Source of the DNA: Deltaproteobacteria bacterium
GTDB taxonomy: Bacteria > Myxococcota_A > Polyangia > Fen-1088
Length of the DNA: 64,000 bases
Reading direction: 5' to 3'
NCBI GenBank assembly: GCA_033763315.1
Contig: JANRKS010000034.1
Span: forward strand, 64,001 to 128,000
Shown here: positions 9,269 through 19,614 of the stretch, piece by piece
Layout of the letters: each line of letters begins with the position of its first letter
Position numbering within the stretch: the stretch's first letter is position 1
Made by a program: the position numbers and the translations under genes
Notes under the pieces: generated by a model
Databases searched by the model: none
Told to the model about the DNA's origin: nothing
The model's input: the letters and a program-made list of their open reading frames with translations, nothing else

Positions 9269-9919
9269 ATGATTTGTTGGTCCTGCCAAAAGAACGTTGC
9301 CGCCACGGAGTTTTGTTCCGCGTGTGGTGCGATTCTGCCACTTGATGGCCGCCCCGACCACTTCACTCTGATCGGCGCGCCGATGCGCTTCTCGCAAGAT
9401 ATGGCCGCCCTTGAGCGGCGCTATAAAGAGTCCACGCGCGCTGTTCATCCCGATAAGTTTGCGCGGGCCGACGCACAAGCGCGCCGCGCGGCCATGCAAC
9501 GCACAGTGGCCTTGAATGAAGCTTGGCGAACGCTGCGAGACCCGATCGCGCGTGCCGAGTATCTCGTGCGCCTTTTGGGCATTGATGTGGGCACAGAAGA
9601 CGGCACGCTTCGGCGCACGGAAACCGGGCAGGAGAAGGTTGCCGTTGATCCCACATTGCTGGCCGACATGATGGAAAAACGCGAGGCCCTCATGGAGGCG
9701 CGCGAGCAAGAGGATTACGCTGCCTTGGCAAGGCTGGCCCGGCAGGTGCGCGCCAGCTACGAGCAGGCGCTTTTGGAAGCGCAAACAGCTTTGGATAGGC
9801 AGGCCGCGGGCGACACCGAGCGTGCCGCAAAATGTTTGGTGGCGGTTCGATACTATCGCCGCTTTCTTGATTCGTTCGAAGACGGTGGCCACGCGTCGCC
9901 AGGAGCACAGCATGGCTGA
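9269..9919 (+). CDS. hscB: Co-chaperone HscB with N-terminal CxxC-CxxC module
   Basis: J-domain HPD motif, [17 protein letters not shown]; N-terminal CWSC...CSAC. Confidence 0.93.
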   Translation: MICWSCQKNVAATEFCSACGAILPLDGRPDHFTLIGAPMRFSQDMAALERRYKESTRAVHPDKFARADAQARRAAMQRTVALNEAWRTLRDPIARAEYLVRLLGIDVGTEDGTLRRTETGQEKVAVDPTLLADMMEKREALMEAREQEDYAALARLARQVRASYEQALLEAQTALDRQAAGDTERAAKCLVAVRYYRRFLDSFEDGGHASPGAQHG

Positions 9920-11867
9920 AGCGTTATTTCAGATCTCAGAACCAGGAGAGTCGCGGTCGAAGGAAGCCTGCAAGGGTCGCGCGGCTGGGATTGATCTTGG
10001 CACAACAAACTCGCTCATCGCGATCGTGAATGCGGGCGAGCCCCAGTGCTTGCCTGACGAACGGGGCGAGGCGTTGGTTCCTTCCGCCGTTTATTACGGG
10101 GCGGACGGAACGATAGCGGTTGGCGCGCGGGCGCGGCACGAGTTGGCATTGGTGCACCCCAAGGACACGATTGTTTCGGTCAAGCGATTCATGGGGCGCG
10201 GGCCAAACGACGCGGAGGCCACGCGCAAGCTAACGCCCTACGTATTTGCGCCCAGCGCGGCTTCGGATCCGGTGGTGCGATTCTCTGTGGCGCAAGGCAA
10301 ACGGGCCGTTACCCCGATTGAAGTGTCAGCCGATATCTTGCGGGCGCTCAAACAGCGAGCGGAAGCGGCTTTGGACGGTCCTTTAGATGGCGTCGTGATC
10401 ACGGTGCCGGCGTACTTCGACGATGGCCAGCGGCAAGCGACGCGCGACGCTGGACGCTTGGCGGGGTTGGAGGTGTTGCGCTTGCTCAATGAGCCCACGG
10501 CGGCGGCCTTAGCGTACGGCCTGGACAAGAAGGTGGATGGCACCTTTGCCGTGTTCGATTTGGGTGGTGGCACGTTCGACATATCGATCTTGGTGCTGGA
10601 CGGCGGCGTGTTCGAGGTGAAATCAACAGGTGGCGATTCGGCCTTGGGCGGCGACGATTTTGATCGCGCGATCGCCGAAGTGCTGCTGGCGCGCGCGGGC
10701 GAAGATGCGGCGGCGGGTGGCAACGCGCAAGCGGCCCGGGCCGTGCTTGACGCAGCCAAGCGGGCCAAGGAAGCGTTGACGACGGCTCACGAAACACCCG
10801 TCTCGGTCACACGATCGGACCGGTCAGTGTGGAACGGCGTATTGACCCGTGCGGAGATGGAAGCGGCTTGCCAACCGGTGTTGAACCGATGCGCGCCCGC
10901 ATGCAAGCAGGCGATGAAAGACGCACACATTACAGTGGGAAATCTCGACGGCGTGATCCTGGTGGGTGGGGCCACGCGGATGCCGCTTGTGCGTGCGTTC
11001 GTCAAAGAGCTGTTCGGGCAAGAGCCTTTGGCTGACATCGATCCTGATCAGGTGGTGGCGCTGGGCGCCGCAGTGCAGGCTGAATTGCTGGCCGGCGGTG
11101 ACAACCCCGGCGACATCGTGTTGCTGGACGTGGTGCCTTTGTCACTCGGACTTGAGATGATGGGCGGTGTGGTGGAAAAGCTGATTCACCGCAACAGCAC
11201 CGTGCCGTGCGGCGCAACGCAGACGTTTACGACTTACGCTGACAACCAAACCGGTTTTGACTTGCACGTGGTGCAAGGCGAGCGCGAGATGGCACACGAA
11301 GGCCGGTCGTTGGCGCGCTTTAAGCTCACGGGCGTGCCGCCCTTGCCTGCGGGCATGGCGCGCTTGGAGGTGACCTTCACCGTGGACGCCGATGGCATCC
11401 TAAGTGTGTCGGCGCAAGAGTTGATGACAGGGCAAGTGGCCAGCGTGCAAGTGAAACCGAGTTATGGCCTCACGGACGAAGAGGTTGAACGCATGCTGCT
11501 GGATTCGTACGCGCACGCTGATGAAGACGTGCGCCTGCGTTTGCTCACCGAGCAACGCGTGGAAGCCGAACGAATTTTATCGGCCACACGCGCCGCGCTT
11601 GCCGCCACGCCCGAGCTTCTGCAGGGCGATGAGTTGCCGCGCATCGAAGAGTCGATGGCGGCGCTGGAATCGCTCAAAGGCGGCACGGATCACAACGCCA
11701 TTCACAAAGGCATCGAGAACTTGGATCTCACGTCCAAGAACTTCGCGGCCCGCCGCATGAACCGTGCGCTTGAACAGGGTTTGCGCGGCCGCGATTTGGG
11801 CGTCATTGAGCATGAAATTGAAGAGCACAAGGTGAAGTCACACGGAAGTTCGGAAGCTTCCCACTAA
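9912..11867 (+). CDS. hscA: Fe-S chaperone HscA (Hsp70)
   Basis: LFQISEPG N-terminus, [24 protein letters not shown]; AGGAG RBS before ATG 9912. Confidence 0.96.
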   Translation: MAEALFQISEPGESRSKEACKGRAAGIDLGTTNSLIAIVNAGEPQCLPDERGEALVPSAVYYGADGTIAVGARARHELALVHPKDTIVSVKRFMGRGPNDAEATRKLTPYVFAPSAASDPVVRFSVAQGKRAVTPIEVSADILRALKQRAEAALDGPLDGVVITVPAYFDDGQRQATRDAGRLAGLEVLRLLNEPTAAALAYGLDKKVDGTFAVFDLGGGTFDISILVLDGGVFEVKSTGGDSALGGDDFDRAIAEVLLARAGEDAAAGGNAQAARAVLDAAKRAKEALTTAHETPVSVTRSDRSVWNGVLTRAEMEAACQPVLNRCAPACKQAMKDAHITVGNLDGVILVGGATRMPLVRAFVKELFGQEPLADIDPDQVVALGAAVQAELLAGGDNPGDIVLLDVVPLSLGLEMMGGVVEKLIHRNSTVPCGATQTFTTYADNQTGFDLHVVQGEREMAHEGRSLARFKLTGVPPLPAGMARLEVTFTVDADGILSVSAQELMTGQVASVQVKPSYGLTDEEVERMLLDSYAHADEDVRLRLLTEQRVEAERILSATRAALAATPELLQGDELPRIEESMAALESLKGGTDHNAIHKGIENLDLTSKNFAARRMNRALEQGLRGRDLGVIEHEIEEHKVKSHGSSEASH

Positions 11868-11878
11868 GGTCACACGCA

Positions 11879-12214
11879 ATGCCAAAAGTTCGTTTTTTGC
11901 CAGATGGAATTGAAACCGAAGTGGCCGCAGGCACGAGCATCCTCGAAGCCGCTCGCCAATGTGGCGCGCACGTGGGGTCTGCGTGCGGTGGCGTGTGTGC
12001 TTGTTCAACGTGCCACGTTTATGTGAAAGCCGGGTTTTCCGAGCTTTCAGATGTGCAAGAGAACGAAGAGGACATCATCGAAAAGGCTTTCGATGTGAAA
12101 GCCTCGTCGCGCTTGGGCTGCCAGGCACGCATGCAGGGCAGCGGCAGCTACGAAGTTGAGATTACGGCGGAAAGCCGCAAGGCGTTCTTAGACGAACACC
12201 CTGACCTTCGTTGA
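11879..12214 (+). CDS. fdx: ISC-type [2Fe-2S] ferredoxin
   Basis: CGGVCACSTCH and SRLGCQ motifs. Confidence 0.95.
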   Translation: MPKVRFLPDGIETEVAAGTSILEAARQCGAHVGSACGGVCACSTCHVYVKAGFSELSDVQENEEDIIEKAFDVKASSRLGCQARMQGSGSYEVEITAESRKAFLDEHPDLR

Positions 12215-12228
12215 ATCGTTGGCGCCGC

Positions 12229-12981
12229 TCACTTGGTCTTCGGGGCCAGCTGGGGGAAGTGCGTGGCCAATTCACCCATATCGACCCAAGCGCCAAGTTC
12301 GAGATCGGAAGGAAGCTCGACGCCTCCGTAAGCCACGCGGCACAAGCCCAAGACGTGGCTTCCCAGCGCCGCGAAGATCCGACGCACTTCGTGATAAGCG
12401 CCGCCCACGATGGTGATGCTCGCCAGGGCTTGCGTCTCGGGTGGCTGCACGAGGGCCACGTGCGCCTCGTGAGCGGCCAGCGGCCGTAGCTGCAAGACGT
12501 TCGGCTCGTGGCCGTCGTCGAGCACAAGCTTGTCGGGCAGCGTACCCGCGGGACGAGCCAAGGCGGCGTGGTAGGTGCGTGAGATCTCGTTCTTCGGATG
12601 CGTGAGCTTGTGCAACAGCTGGCCGTCTGTCGTCCACAACAACAAGCCCGTGGTGTCCTTGTCGAGGCGGCCCACAGCGCGTAAGTCGTCGAACAACGGC
12701 GCGTCGGCGATCAACTGCGCGGCTATGGGATGTTCACGATCTTTGAGCGCCGTGACATAGCCGGTGGGTTTGTTCAGCAGCAAGGAGAAGCTCTCTCGTA
12801 GCGTGACTTCGTCGTCACCGATTGTGACAGTCAACGGCAGCGCCGACTCAGCGATCGAAAAGCCGCCATCCTCCACAACATCGCCGTTCGGAAGCGTGAC
12901 CTGGCCTGCTCGAAGCCACTGGGTTACGTGCTTGCGCGAAGCACCCAAAGTGCGCGCGATGAGGCGATCAATTCTTGGCAT
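12229..12981 (-). CDS. rRNA pseudouridine synthase, RsuA family
   Basis: S4-like N-terminus, LNKPTGYV, VGRLDKDTTGLLL, HEVRRIF. Confidence 0.92.
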   Translation of the reverse strand: MPRIDRLIARTLGASRKHVTQWLRAGQVTLPNGDVVEDGGFSIAESALPLTVTIGDDEVTLRESFSLLLNKPTGYVTALKDREHPIAAQLIADAPLFDDLRAVGRLDKDTTGLLLWTTDGQLLHKLTHPKNEISRTYHAALARPAGTLPDKLVLDDGHEPNVLQLRPLAAHEAHVALVQPPETQALASITIVGGAYHEVRRIFAALGSHVLGLCRVAYGGVELPSDLELGAWVDMGELATHFPQLAPKTK

Positions 12982-13035
12982 GACCCGCTTTCATCGCGTG
13001 CCAGCTGCAGCGGCGCAAGGTAGAAACGGCATTCC

Positions 13036-13512
13036 GTGACGATGTCTGAGCGTTTTTTGCATGTGGTGCTGGTGGAACCCGAAATCCATTGGAATACGGG
13101 CAACGTGGGCCGCACGTGTTTGGCGCTCGGCGCGCAGTTGCATTTGGTGGAGCCGCTGGGGTTTTCGCTCGACGAGCGCCAAGTCCGGCGGGCCGGGCTG
13201 GATTATTGGCCGCGGGTGGATCCAAAGTTGTGGCCGTCCTGGGACGCCTTTGAAGCGGCCTTGCCGGCCCTAGGGCAGCCGTTCTTTTTTGCGACGGGCG
13301 CGTCCCGCAGCTATTGGGACGCGCGCTTTCCAAAGCCCTGCGTTCTCATCTTTGGCCGAGAGAGCGTTGGCTTGCCACGTGGCTTGTTGCAGCGCTACGC
13401 CAACGATCTTTGGCATCTGCCCATGCAGCCAGACTCGGTGCGGTCTTTGAACCTTTCGACGTCGGCGGCTGTCGCTATGTACGAGGTGACCCGACAATGG
13501 GCGGCCCGATAG
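13036..13512 (+). CDS. trmL: tRNA (cytidine/uridine-34 2'-O)-methyltransferase
   Basis: EPEIHWNTGNVGRTC, RRAGLDYW, FGRESVGL, RSLNLS. Confidence 0.95.
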   Translation: MTMSERFLHVVLVEPEIHWNTGNVGRTCLALGAQLHLVEPLGFSLDERQVRRAGLDYWPRVDPKLWPSWDAFEAALPALGQPFFFATGASRSYWDARFPKPCVLIFGRESVGLPRGLLQRYANDLWHLPMQPDSVRSLNLSTSAAVAMYEVTRQWAAR

Positions 13513-13644
13513 TCCGCGTGTCTGTTAGGTAACGGCAAATGTGGCGCCGCCGCCAATCCCCTGGCGGGTTCGCCTCAAGGTCACATAGCCTTCGCCCGAA
13601 AAACCAAGGGAATACTTGCCCCTATAAAGGGGCCTGGAGAGGAC

Positions 13645-16050
13645 TTGGCTCTGGCCGCTTTGACTTCCACCCTCAGATTTGGGGACTACGACGTAGACAT
13701 GCTGCTCGGGCCGGGCAGCGTGACCGAGACCTATCGGGCGTCGCGCAATGGCGGCACCTCGGTGGCATTGAAGCTGCTGCGCCCTGACCGTGGGGGCAGC
13801 GATCCAAAAGTCCGCGACGCGTTTATTGCCATTGCCAAGCGCAACAAGACTTTGCGGCTGCCTGGCGTCGCCAAAGTGGTGGACATCCACGAGGGTCCCG
13901 ATGATGTGTTCATCGCCACCGAACTATTGGACGGCGTGAACCTCGAGGGCTTGTTCGATTCAGCCACGGCCTCCGGCAGCATGGACCCACAACTTGTGGG
14001 GCAAATGGGCGTGCAGATTGCGCGCGTGCTCACCCGGTTGCATGAGCGGCGTGAGCCGATCGTTCATGGCGGTCTGTGTCCCGCGAATGTGATCGTCACG
14101 TCCGGCGGGCGCGTGACGCTTGTGGATCCAGGTATCTCAGCGGCTTTGCGTTCGTTGACTGAGTACCCGGTCGACCGCAGCTGGTTCACAGCGCCTGAAG
14201 TGCTGCTCGATAAGCAGGCGCCCTCGGTGGCGTCCGATATCTACGGATTGGGTGCGGTGCTCTTTTACCTGCTCACGGGCGAGCCGCCTGTGATGGGTGA
14301 AACAGAAGAGGAGCTGCAGGAGCTGTTCGATGAAGGCCCGCCCACGGTGCCTGGGTTGCCCGATTGGCTTGAAGACAGCCTCGCCGTCATGTTGTCTCGC
14401 GATCCGCACGATCGACCGCGGTCAGCGGCGGCCGCCGCCTTAAGTCTCAACCCTTTCCCCGAAGGGGCCACACGCCTTGGGGCCATCGTGTCGGGGAACA
14501 CACCAGGGCCGATCAGCGTGGGCTATCCACAGACCAGCGAGTTCGATCCGATGGTGGGTCGCGGCACGATGGTGTTGGGTGACGCCGTTTCGCCCCAATC
14601 GGCGTCGAGTTCGTCTTTGTCGGCTGTTCCAAGTGATGGTGGCCTTGGCTTGGAAGCGGATTCCCCTGAGAACCCTTTCGATGCGCAAGGCTCGGAAGCC
14701 GGCGTGCGCCCAGCGCTGGAGTCGCAAGTGCCGCCCGCGCCCGCCGCGAAGGCCAAAGCGCCCCCGGCCACGCCACCGAAACCCGCCCCCGGCCCGATGA
14801 CGCTCACGCCTCTGCGTCCCGTCGCGGTGTTAGACGCGGCAGCGCAGCCGGCGCTGGGGCTGTCAAACGAACCGCAATGGGCTGACAGTGCGCCTGCACC
14901 CGTGGCCTTGGCCAGTGAGCCGCGCTGGGCCGATGATGGCATTTCGATTGGTTTGTCGAACGAACCGCAGTGGGCCGATAAGCCCGCGTCGAAGGGCGGC
15001 CCCGCATTGCCGAATGAGCCCCAATGGGTGGACGCAGGGGCCTCGATGGTGGCCGCGGCCCGCATGCCTATGCCCGGCATGGATGATTACCTCGATCTTC
15101 CGGGCGCCGCACCCCTGGGCGCAAGTTCCAACGGCATTGGTGTGGCCGCCAGAGTGGAGCTGCCTGAGCTGGACGTTGACATGGCGAGCCCCACGATCTC
15201 GCCCGCGGTGCACGAGGACGATGATCGCGCGCCGCAGGGGTTTGTGAGCTTCGGTAACCGCACCAGCGAATCACCCGTTGATGTGAGTGCTTTGGGGGCC
15301 GTTGGGTTCTCTGAGGAAGACGAAGAAGCGCAAGCGGCGGGAGGGGGCGGGGTTCAGGGCATCGTGTTGCCTCAGGTTCCGCGCCGTGCTGGATCCGCGC
15401 GTAAAGGCGCCGCTGCGGCAAAATCGTCAGGTTCGCTGGCCAAGGTGGCCATCGTGTTGGTTGTGCTGGCGGGCGGGGGTGCTTTGGCGATGAAGATGTT
15501 GTCGAAGCCGGTCACCGTCCTGCCCGGTCCAGAGCAATTGGCGAAAGAGAACCCCAGCGAGGCCGCGGCCGAAGTGAAGGCCACGGCGCAAAAGCCGCCC
15601 GAGGATTCGCAGGCGCGTGGCGAATTGACGATCATCACAACGCCGCGCGGAGCCACCATTTGGGTGGATGGCCAAGAAAAAGGCAAAACGCCATTGACGG
15701 TGCAAACGGCCCCGGGCGCGCATCGTGTGGTGATCGTGAAGCCAGGCTTCAAAATGTTGCGCGAAGTGACCGACACGGCGGAAGGGCTCACGATCAAACG
15801 CACCTTGCCGCCGGCAAACATCAACTTTGGCGGCAACGTAATGTTGAAGGTTGAGTGCAAGACAACGGGGAAATATCCCGTGTTTATCGATGGAAAAGAC
15901 ACGGGCTTGTTGTGTCCCATCGAGGGCGTCAAAGTGCCCGATGGCAACAGGCTCATCGGCGTTTACGTGATCCCAGACAACAAGATCTGGAGTTTTGAAC
16001 GCGAAGTGAACGCGGGCACCAAAGCCCATCGCGTCGTCTTTAGTTACTAA
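13645..16050 (+). CDS. Membrane Ser/Thr pseudokinase with PEGA domain
   Basis: Kinase fold (VALK, APE, SDIYGLG) with HGGLCPAN in place of HRDLKPxN and DPG in place of DFG; low-complexity linker, TM helix, PEGA motif TTPRGATIWVDGQEKGKTP. Confidence 0.88.
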   Translation: MALAALTSTLRFGDYDVDMLLGPGSVTETYRASRNGGTSVALKLLRPDRGGSDPKVRDAFIAIAKRNKTLRLPGVAKVVDIHEGPDDVFIATELLDGVNLEGLFDSATASGSMDPQLVGQMGVQIARVLTRLHERREPIVHGGLCPANVIVTSGGRVTLVDPGISAALRSLTEYPVDRSWFTAPEVLLDKQAPSVASDIYGLGAVLFYLLTGEPPVMGETEEELQELFDEGPPTVPGLPDWLEDSLAVMLSRDPHDRPRSAAAAALSLNPFPEGATRLGAIVSGNTPGPISVGYPQTSEFDPMVGRGTMVLGDAVSPQSASSSSLSAVPSDGGLGLEADSPENPFDAQGSEAGVRPALESQVPPAPAAKAKAPPATPPKPAPGPMTLTPLRPVAVLDAAAQPALGLSNEPQWADSAPAPVALASEPRWADDGISIGLSNEPQWADKPASKGGPALPNEPQWVDAGASMVAAARMPMPGMDDYLDLPGAAPLGASSNGIGVAARVELPELDVDMASPTISPAVHEDDDRAPQGFVSFGNRTSESPVDVSALGAVGFSEEDEEAQAAGGGGVQGIVLPQVPRRAGSARKGAAAAKSSGSLAKVAIVLVVLAGGGALAMKMLSKPVTVLPGPEQLAKENPSEAAAEVKATAQKPPEDSQARGELTIITTPRGATIWVDGQEKGKTPLTVQTAPGAHRVVIVKPGFKMLREVTDTAEGLTIKRTLPPANINFGGNVMLKVECKTTGKYPVFIDGKDTGLLCPIEGVKVPDGNRLIGVYVIPDNKIWSFEREVNAGTKAHRVVFSY
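14856..15033 (+). repeat. Four degenerate EP[Q/R]WxD peptide repeats in the pseudokinase linker
   Basis: LSNEPQWAD, LASEPRWAD, LSNEPQWAD, LPNEPQWVD. Confidence 0.8.
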
Positions 16051-16070
16051 TGCACCGCTCGCGAAGTGCA

Positions 16071-18680
16071 CTAGCGCCGCAGTTTCTCTTCGGCACGCAC
16101 GAGGCCGGCGTTGGCCGCCGCGTTGTTAGGTTCCAACTTCAGTGCCTCGCGGTAGGCGGAGGCCGCTTTGGCGTATTCGTCGTCGAAGAAAAACGCCTTG
16201 CCCAAAAGCACATAGCCTCGCGCCTTCGCACCTTGTTCGACCGCTTTTTCGGCCAACAGCTGCGCTTGGAATAAGTGATCGGCGCGGAATTCTTGTTCGG
16301 CCAGCTGCAACGTGGACTCGAAGGCAGGGGGCCCTGCGGGAGCCACGGGCGATAAATCAGGTTTGTGTTTCTCGGCCGTTTTCGTGGCGTGTTGTGCGGG
16401 CGCCGCCGTTTCTTTACGCGGAGGAGGCGCGGCGGCTTCTTGAACGATGGGCGCTGTGGGAACAACGGTGGGCACAGGGGCGGGATCTGCGGGAGGCGGC
16501 AGGGGGGCGGCCCTCTGTGGCGCGTGGGTCACCGGCGCGGCAACGGCTGGTGTTGGTGCTCGCGTCTCGATTTGATCGCGTGGGTGAGGCTCTCGCAAGA
16601 CGAAGTAGGCGCCGCCGCCCAGGAGCGCGACGCCTGTGAACAACAGCCACAGCTTTTGCCTGCCCAGCACAACGCGAGGCATGCGCGCGGTGGCCGAGGC
16701 TGTGACGTGCGAGGCCGCGTTCGGCGCTTTCATGGCCATCACACTTGAGCCGTTGGCGCGCACGCGTTCGAGGATCTTCACCAACGCCTGGCGTAACTCT
16801 GTCATCGACTGAGGTCGATCGTCGGGGCGCCGCTCAAGTGCCCGCATGATCAGCTTTTCAAGTTCAGGTGGCAGATCGTTGCGCCATTGTGTGATGGGAA
16901 CCGCCGGATCGTGAAGCTTGCGCTGCCACACTTCCTGTACGGACTCGCCTGGATCTGGCGATTCGCCGCCCGTCAGCATGTTGTAAAGCAGGCCGCCCAA
17001 GGCATAGATGTCGACGCGGAAATCTACGTTTTTGCCCGAATCCACTTGCTCGGGTGCCATGTAGCGTGGCGTCCCAACCGCGGCGTCGGTCTTCGTCAAT
17101 TCGTCGCTGGTGGTGGAGCGAAGGAACTTCGCCACACCAAAGTCGAGCACCTTAACGAGTTCGTTGCCTTCGCGCTCGCGCACCAGCATCACGTTGCCGG
17201 GTTTGAGATCGCGATGAATGATGCCCGCCCTGTGCGCCGCTTCGAGCGCGCGGCAAATTTGGATGCTGATCACCAAACAACGTTCGATTGATAACTGGCC
17301 ATCACGCCGAATCAGCTTGCTTAGATCGACGCCATCCACGTATTCCATGACGAAGAAAAAATCTCCGCCCGGTGTGGTGCCGCAGTCGGTGACGTCAGCG
17401 ATGTTGGCGTGGCCGATCTGCGACGCGGCGTTGGCCTCAAGTTTAAAACGTTCGATGAGTTCGCTCTTGCGACGTTCCGCATGACGCGGGACCTTGATCG
17501 CCACGCGTTTGCCGATGCCGGTGTGGTGGCCTTCATAGACGCGTCCCATCGCGCCTTCACCGATCAACCTCTTAACGTAATAACGCTCGGCCAACACCAA
17601 GCCAATCATCGGATCGGCTGGTGTCATGTTTTCGGGAACGGCGGCCAAATACGTGTCTGAAGGGCGCGCCTTGATGGTGGCGACGGCCCGCGCCACCATC
17701 GCTTCCTCTTCGGCGGCCTCTGACTTTGCGTCGGCGTCAAACAGCTGCGTGAGAAAATGCGAAAGCCCAAGCTTGCTTGCGTCTTTGGGGGCAAAGCGTG
17801 CGAGCGACTGCCCGAACCCGGCCGCACTTTGAAAACGTTCAGCCGGATCCGAAGCCAGCGCTTTGAGCACAACGCGATCAAGGCCTTCTTCCACCGCGCC
17901 GTTGAACTGTGACGGCGGTGGCACCGCGCCCGCGGCGGCGCGCACTTGTTCGTTGGGGTAAAGCTGGCGCCCTGTGAGCAATTCCCACAAGATCAATCCC
18001 AGCGAAAAAATGTCGCTGCGGTGATCGATCGGTCGGCCCGTATGCTGCTCGGGCGACATATAGCTGACCTTGCCCCAATTGATGCCGCTGATCGTTTGTG
18101 CCAGCTTGCTGCGCCATTTGGCCAAGCCAAAGTCGATCAACTTCACGCCGCCTGTGTAAGACAGCATCACGTTCGAGGGTGAAATGTCGCGGTGAACGAG
18201 ATCGAATCGTTCCAGACCATGGGCGTAGGCCAACCCTGCTGCAATCTCACTGACCAGATGCAAAGTCACCCCAAGAGGGAAGCCCACTTTGCGAACGGCG
18301 CACCGGTTCCAAAGCTCTGCGAGCGTCTTGCCTCGCAGATATTCCATCGCCAGGTAACCTTGTTCGCCCACCACGCCGAAGTCGAAAACGTAGACGAGGT
18401 TCTCATGCGAAAGCTTTGTGACCACTTTCGCTTCGTCTAAAAAGCGTTTGCCCAGTTCATGCGGCTCGCGGCCCGGCGATTCGAGTTGCCGAATCACTTT
18501 CAACGCACACACGCGCTCAGCACCTTCTTGGCCGGTGAGCGCCATGAAGATCTGCCCCATGCCGCCTTGACCTAGCTCTTTGAGCAAGGTGTAGCGCGCG
18601 CCGAAAGGGCGAGGGTAAAGGTCGCTTAGCGCACCTCGGGGCTTGCTGGTTTGGCTCAGGGACACGGCGGCGGGGGGCAT
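16071..18680 (-). CDS. Membrane Ser/Thr kinase with two kinase domains and C-terminal TPR
   Basis: Domain 1 GQGGMG/CALK/HRDISPSN/DFG; domain 2 GEGAMG/VAIK/HRDLKPGN/DFG; TM helix; TPR-like LLGKAFF...AYREALKLEPNN. Confidence 0.93.
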   Translation of the reverse strand: MPPAAVSLSQTSKPRGALSDLYPRPFGARYTLLKELGQGGMGQIFMALTGQEGAERVCALKVIRQLESPGREPHELGKRFLDEAKVVTKLSHENLVYVFDFGVVGEQGYLAMEYLRGKTLAELWNRCAVRKVGFPLGVTLHLVSEIAAGLAYAHGLERFDLVHRDISPSNVMLSYTGGVKLIDFGLAKWRSKLAQTISGINWGKVSYMSPEQHTGRPIDHRSDIFSLGLILWELLTGRQLYPNEQVRAAAGAVPPPSQFNGAVEEGLDRVVLKALASDPAERFQSAAGFGQSLARFAPKDASKLGLSHFLTQLFDADAKSEAAEEEAMVARAVATIKARPSDTYLAAVPENMTPADPMIGLVLAERYYVKRLIGEGAMGRVYEGHHTGIGKRVAIKVPRHAERRKSELIERFKLEANAASQIGHANIADVTDCGTTPGGDFFFVMEYVDGVDLSKLIRRDGQLSIERCLVISIQICRALEAAHRAGIIHRDLKPGNVMLVREREGNELVKVLDFGVAKFLRSTTSDELTKTDAAVGTPRYMAPEQVDSGKNVDFRVDIYALGGLLYNMLTGGESPDPGESVQEVWQRKLHDPAVPITQWRNDLPPELEKLIMRALERRPDDRPQSMTELRQALVKILERVRANGSSVMAMKAPNAASHVTASATARMPRVVLGRQKLWLLFTGVALLGGGAYFVLREPHPRDQIETRAPTPAVAAPVTHAPQRAAPLPPPADPAPVPTVVPTAPIVQEAAAPPPRKETAAPAQHATKTAEKHKPDLSPVAPAGPPAFESTLQLAEQEFRADHLFQAQLLAEKAVEQGAKARGYVLLGKAFFFDDEYAKAASAYREALKLEPNNAAANAGLVRAEEKLRR

Positions 18681-18709
18681 CCTACAACAGGACGGTGTGA
18701 CTGTGGGTG

Positions 18710-19483
18710 TTAAGCCTCATTGACGACCGGGTTCTTCAAACTACCCACGCCGTCGATTTCGACCTCGCAAACGTCGCCATCCAACAAATCAGCTGTCCCT
18801 ATGGGCGTGCCGGTTGAGACGATGTCGCCAGGGTTCAAAGTCATGATGGTGGACACGTAAGCCACAAGTTCCCACGGCTCGAAGATCAGGTCTTTGCCTG
18901 TGCCTGTTTGTCGGGTTTCGCCGTTGACCTTGCAGCGGATGGTCACCGCGTCGATGTCCACAGGGCCCTCTTCAATCCAGGGGCCAAGGGGCGAGAAGGT
19001 GTCGAAGCCCTTGCATCGCGCGAAGTAGCCTTCTTCAGCTTGGATGTCACGCGCCGTTACGTCGTTGAAGCAGGTGACGCCCGCACCGAACGCCCGCGCG
19101 TATGCGGCTGTAACCCGGTGGCAACGCCGGCCGATGACAATGGCCAACTCCGCTTCGTGTTGAACCTTCTGTGAAGCGCGGGGGCGCACGATCGCATCGC
19201 CGGGTCCCACCAAAGACGAGGGCGGCTTAAAAAACACCAACGGGCGTTTGGGAACCGGCTTCTTGCGCTCTTGGGCGTTGCCCAAAAAATTGTGGGCGAC
19301 GCAAACGATCTTCGTTGGTTCGCAGGGGGCCAGCAGTTTGACATGGCTTAGCCCGAACACCTGACCCGTGGGCTGGCCGCCCTCCCAGGCGGGGGCGTTA
19401 AGGAGTTCAACCGGGCCGGCCGGAGAGGCCATGCGGCCGTAAGAGATACCGATGGGTGTTTGAACGCGAACGAACTTGGCCAT
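18710..19483 (-). CDS. Fumarylacetoacetate hydrolase family protein
   Basis: FFKPPSS, HEAELAIVIG, NDVTARD, KGFDTF, STGTP. Confidence 0.93.
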   Translation of the reverse strand: MAKFVRVQTPIGISYGRMASPAGPVELLNAPAWEGGQPTGQVFGLSHVKLLAPCEPTKIVCVAHNFLGNAQERKKPVPKRPLVFFKPPSSLVGPGDAIVRPRASQKVQHEAELAIVIGRRCHRVTAAYARAFGAGVTCFNDVTARDIQAEEGYFARCKGFDTFSPLGPWIEEGPVDIDAVTIRCKVNGETRQTGTGKDLIFEPWELVAYVSTIMTLNPGDIVSTGTPIGTADLLDGDVCEVEIDGVGSLKNPVVNEA

Positions 19484-19614
19484 GAGATGCCTTTCGGTTT
19501 TACCGTGCCGAAAGACATTGAGGAAAAAACGCAACGTTGCACGCCGCGGTGCGTTTGACCTATGTGGGGAAACCAGAGTCCGAACGCCCGTGCATAGTCG
19601 AAAATTTGGGAGCC

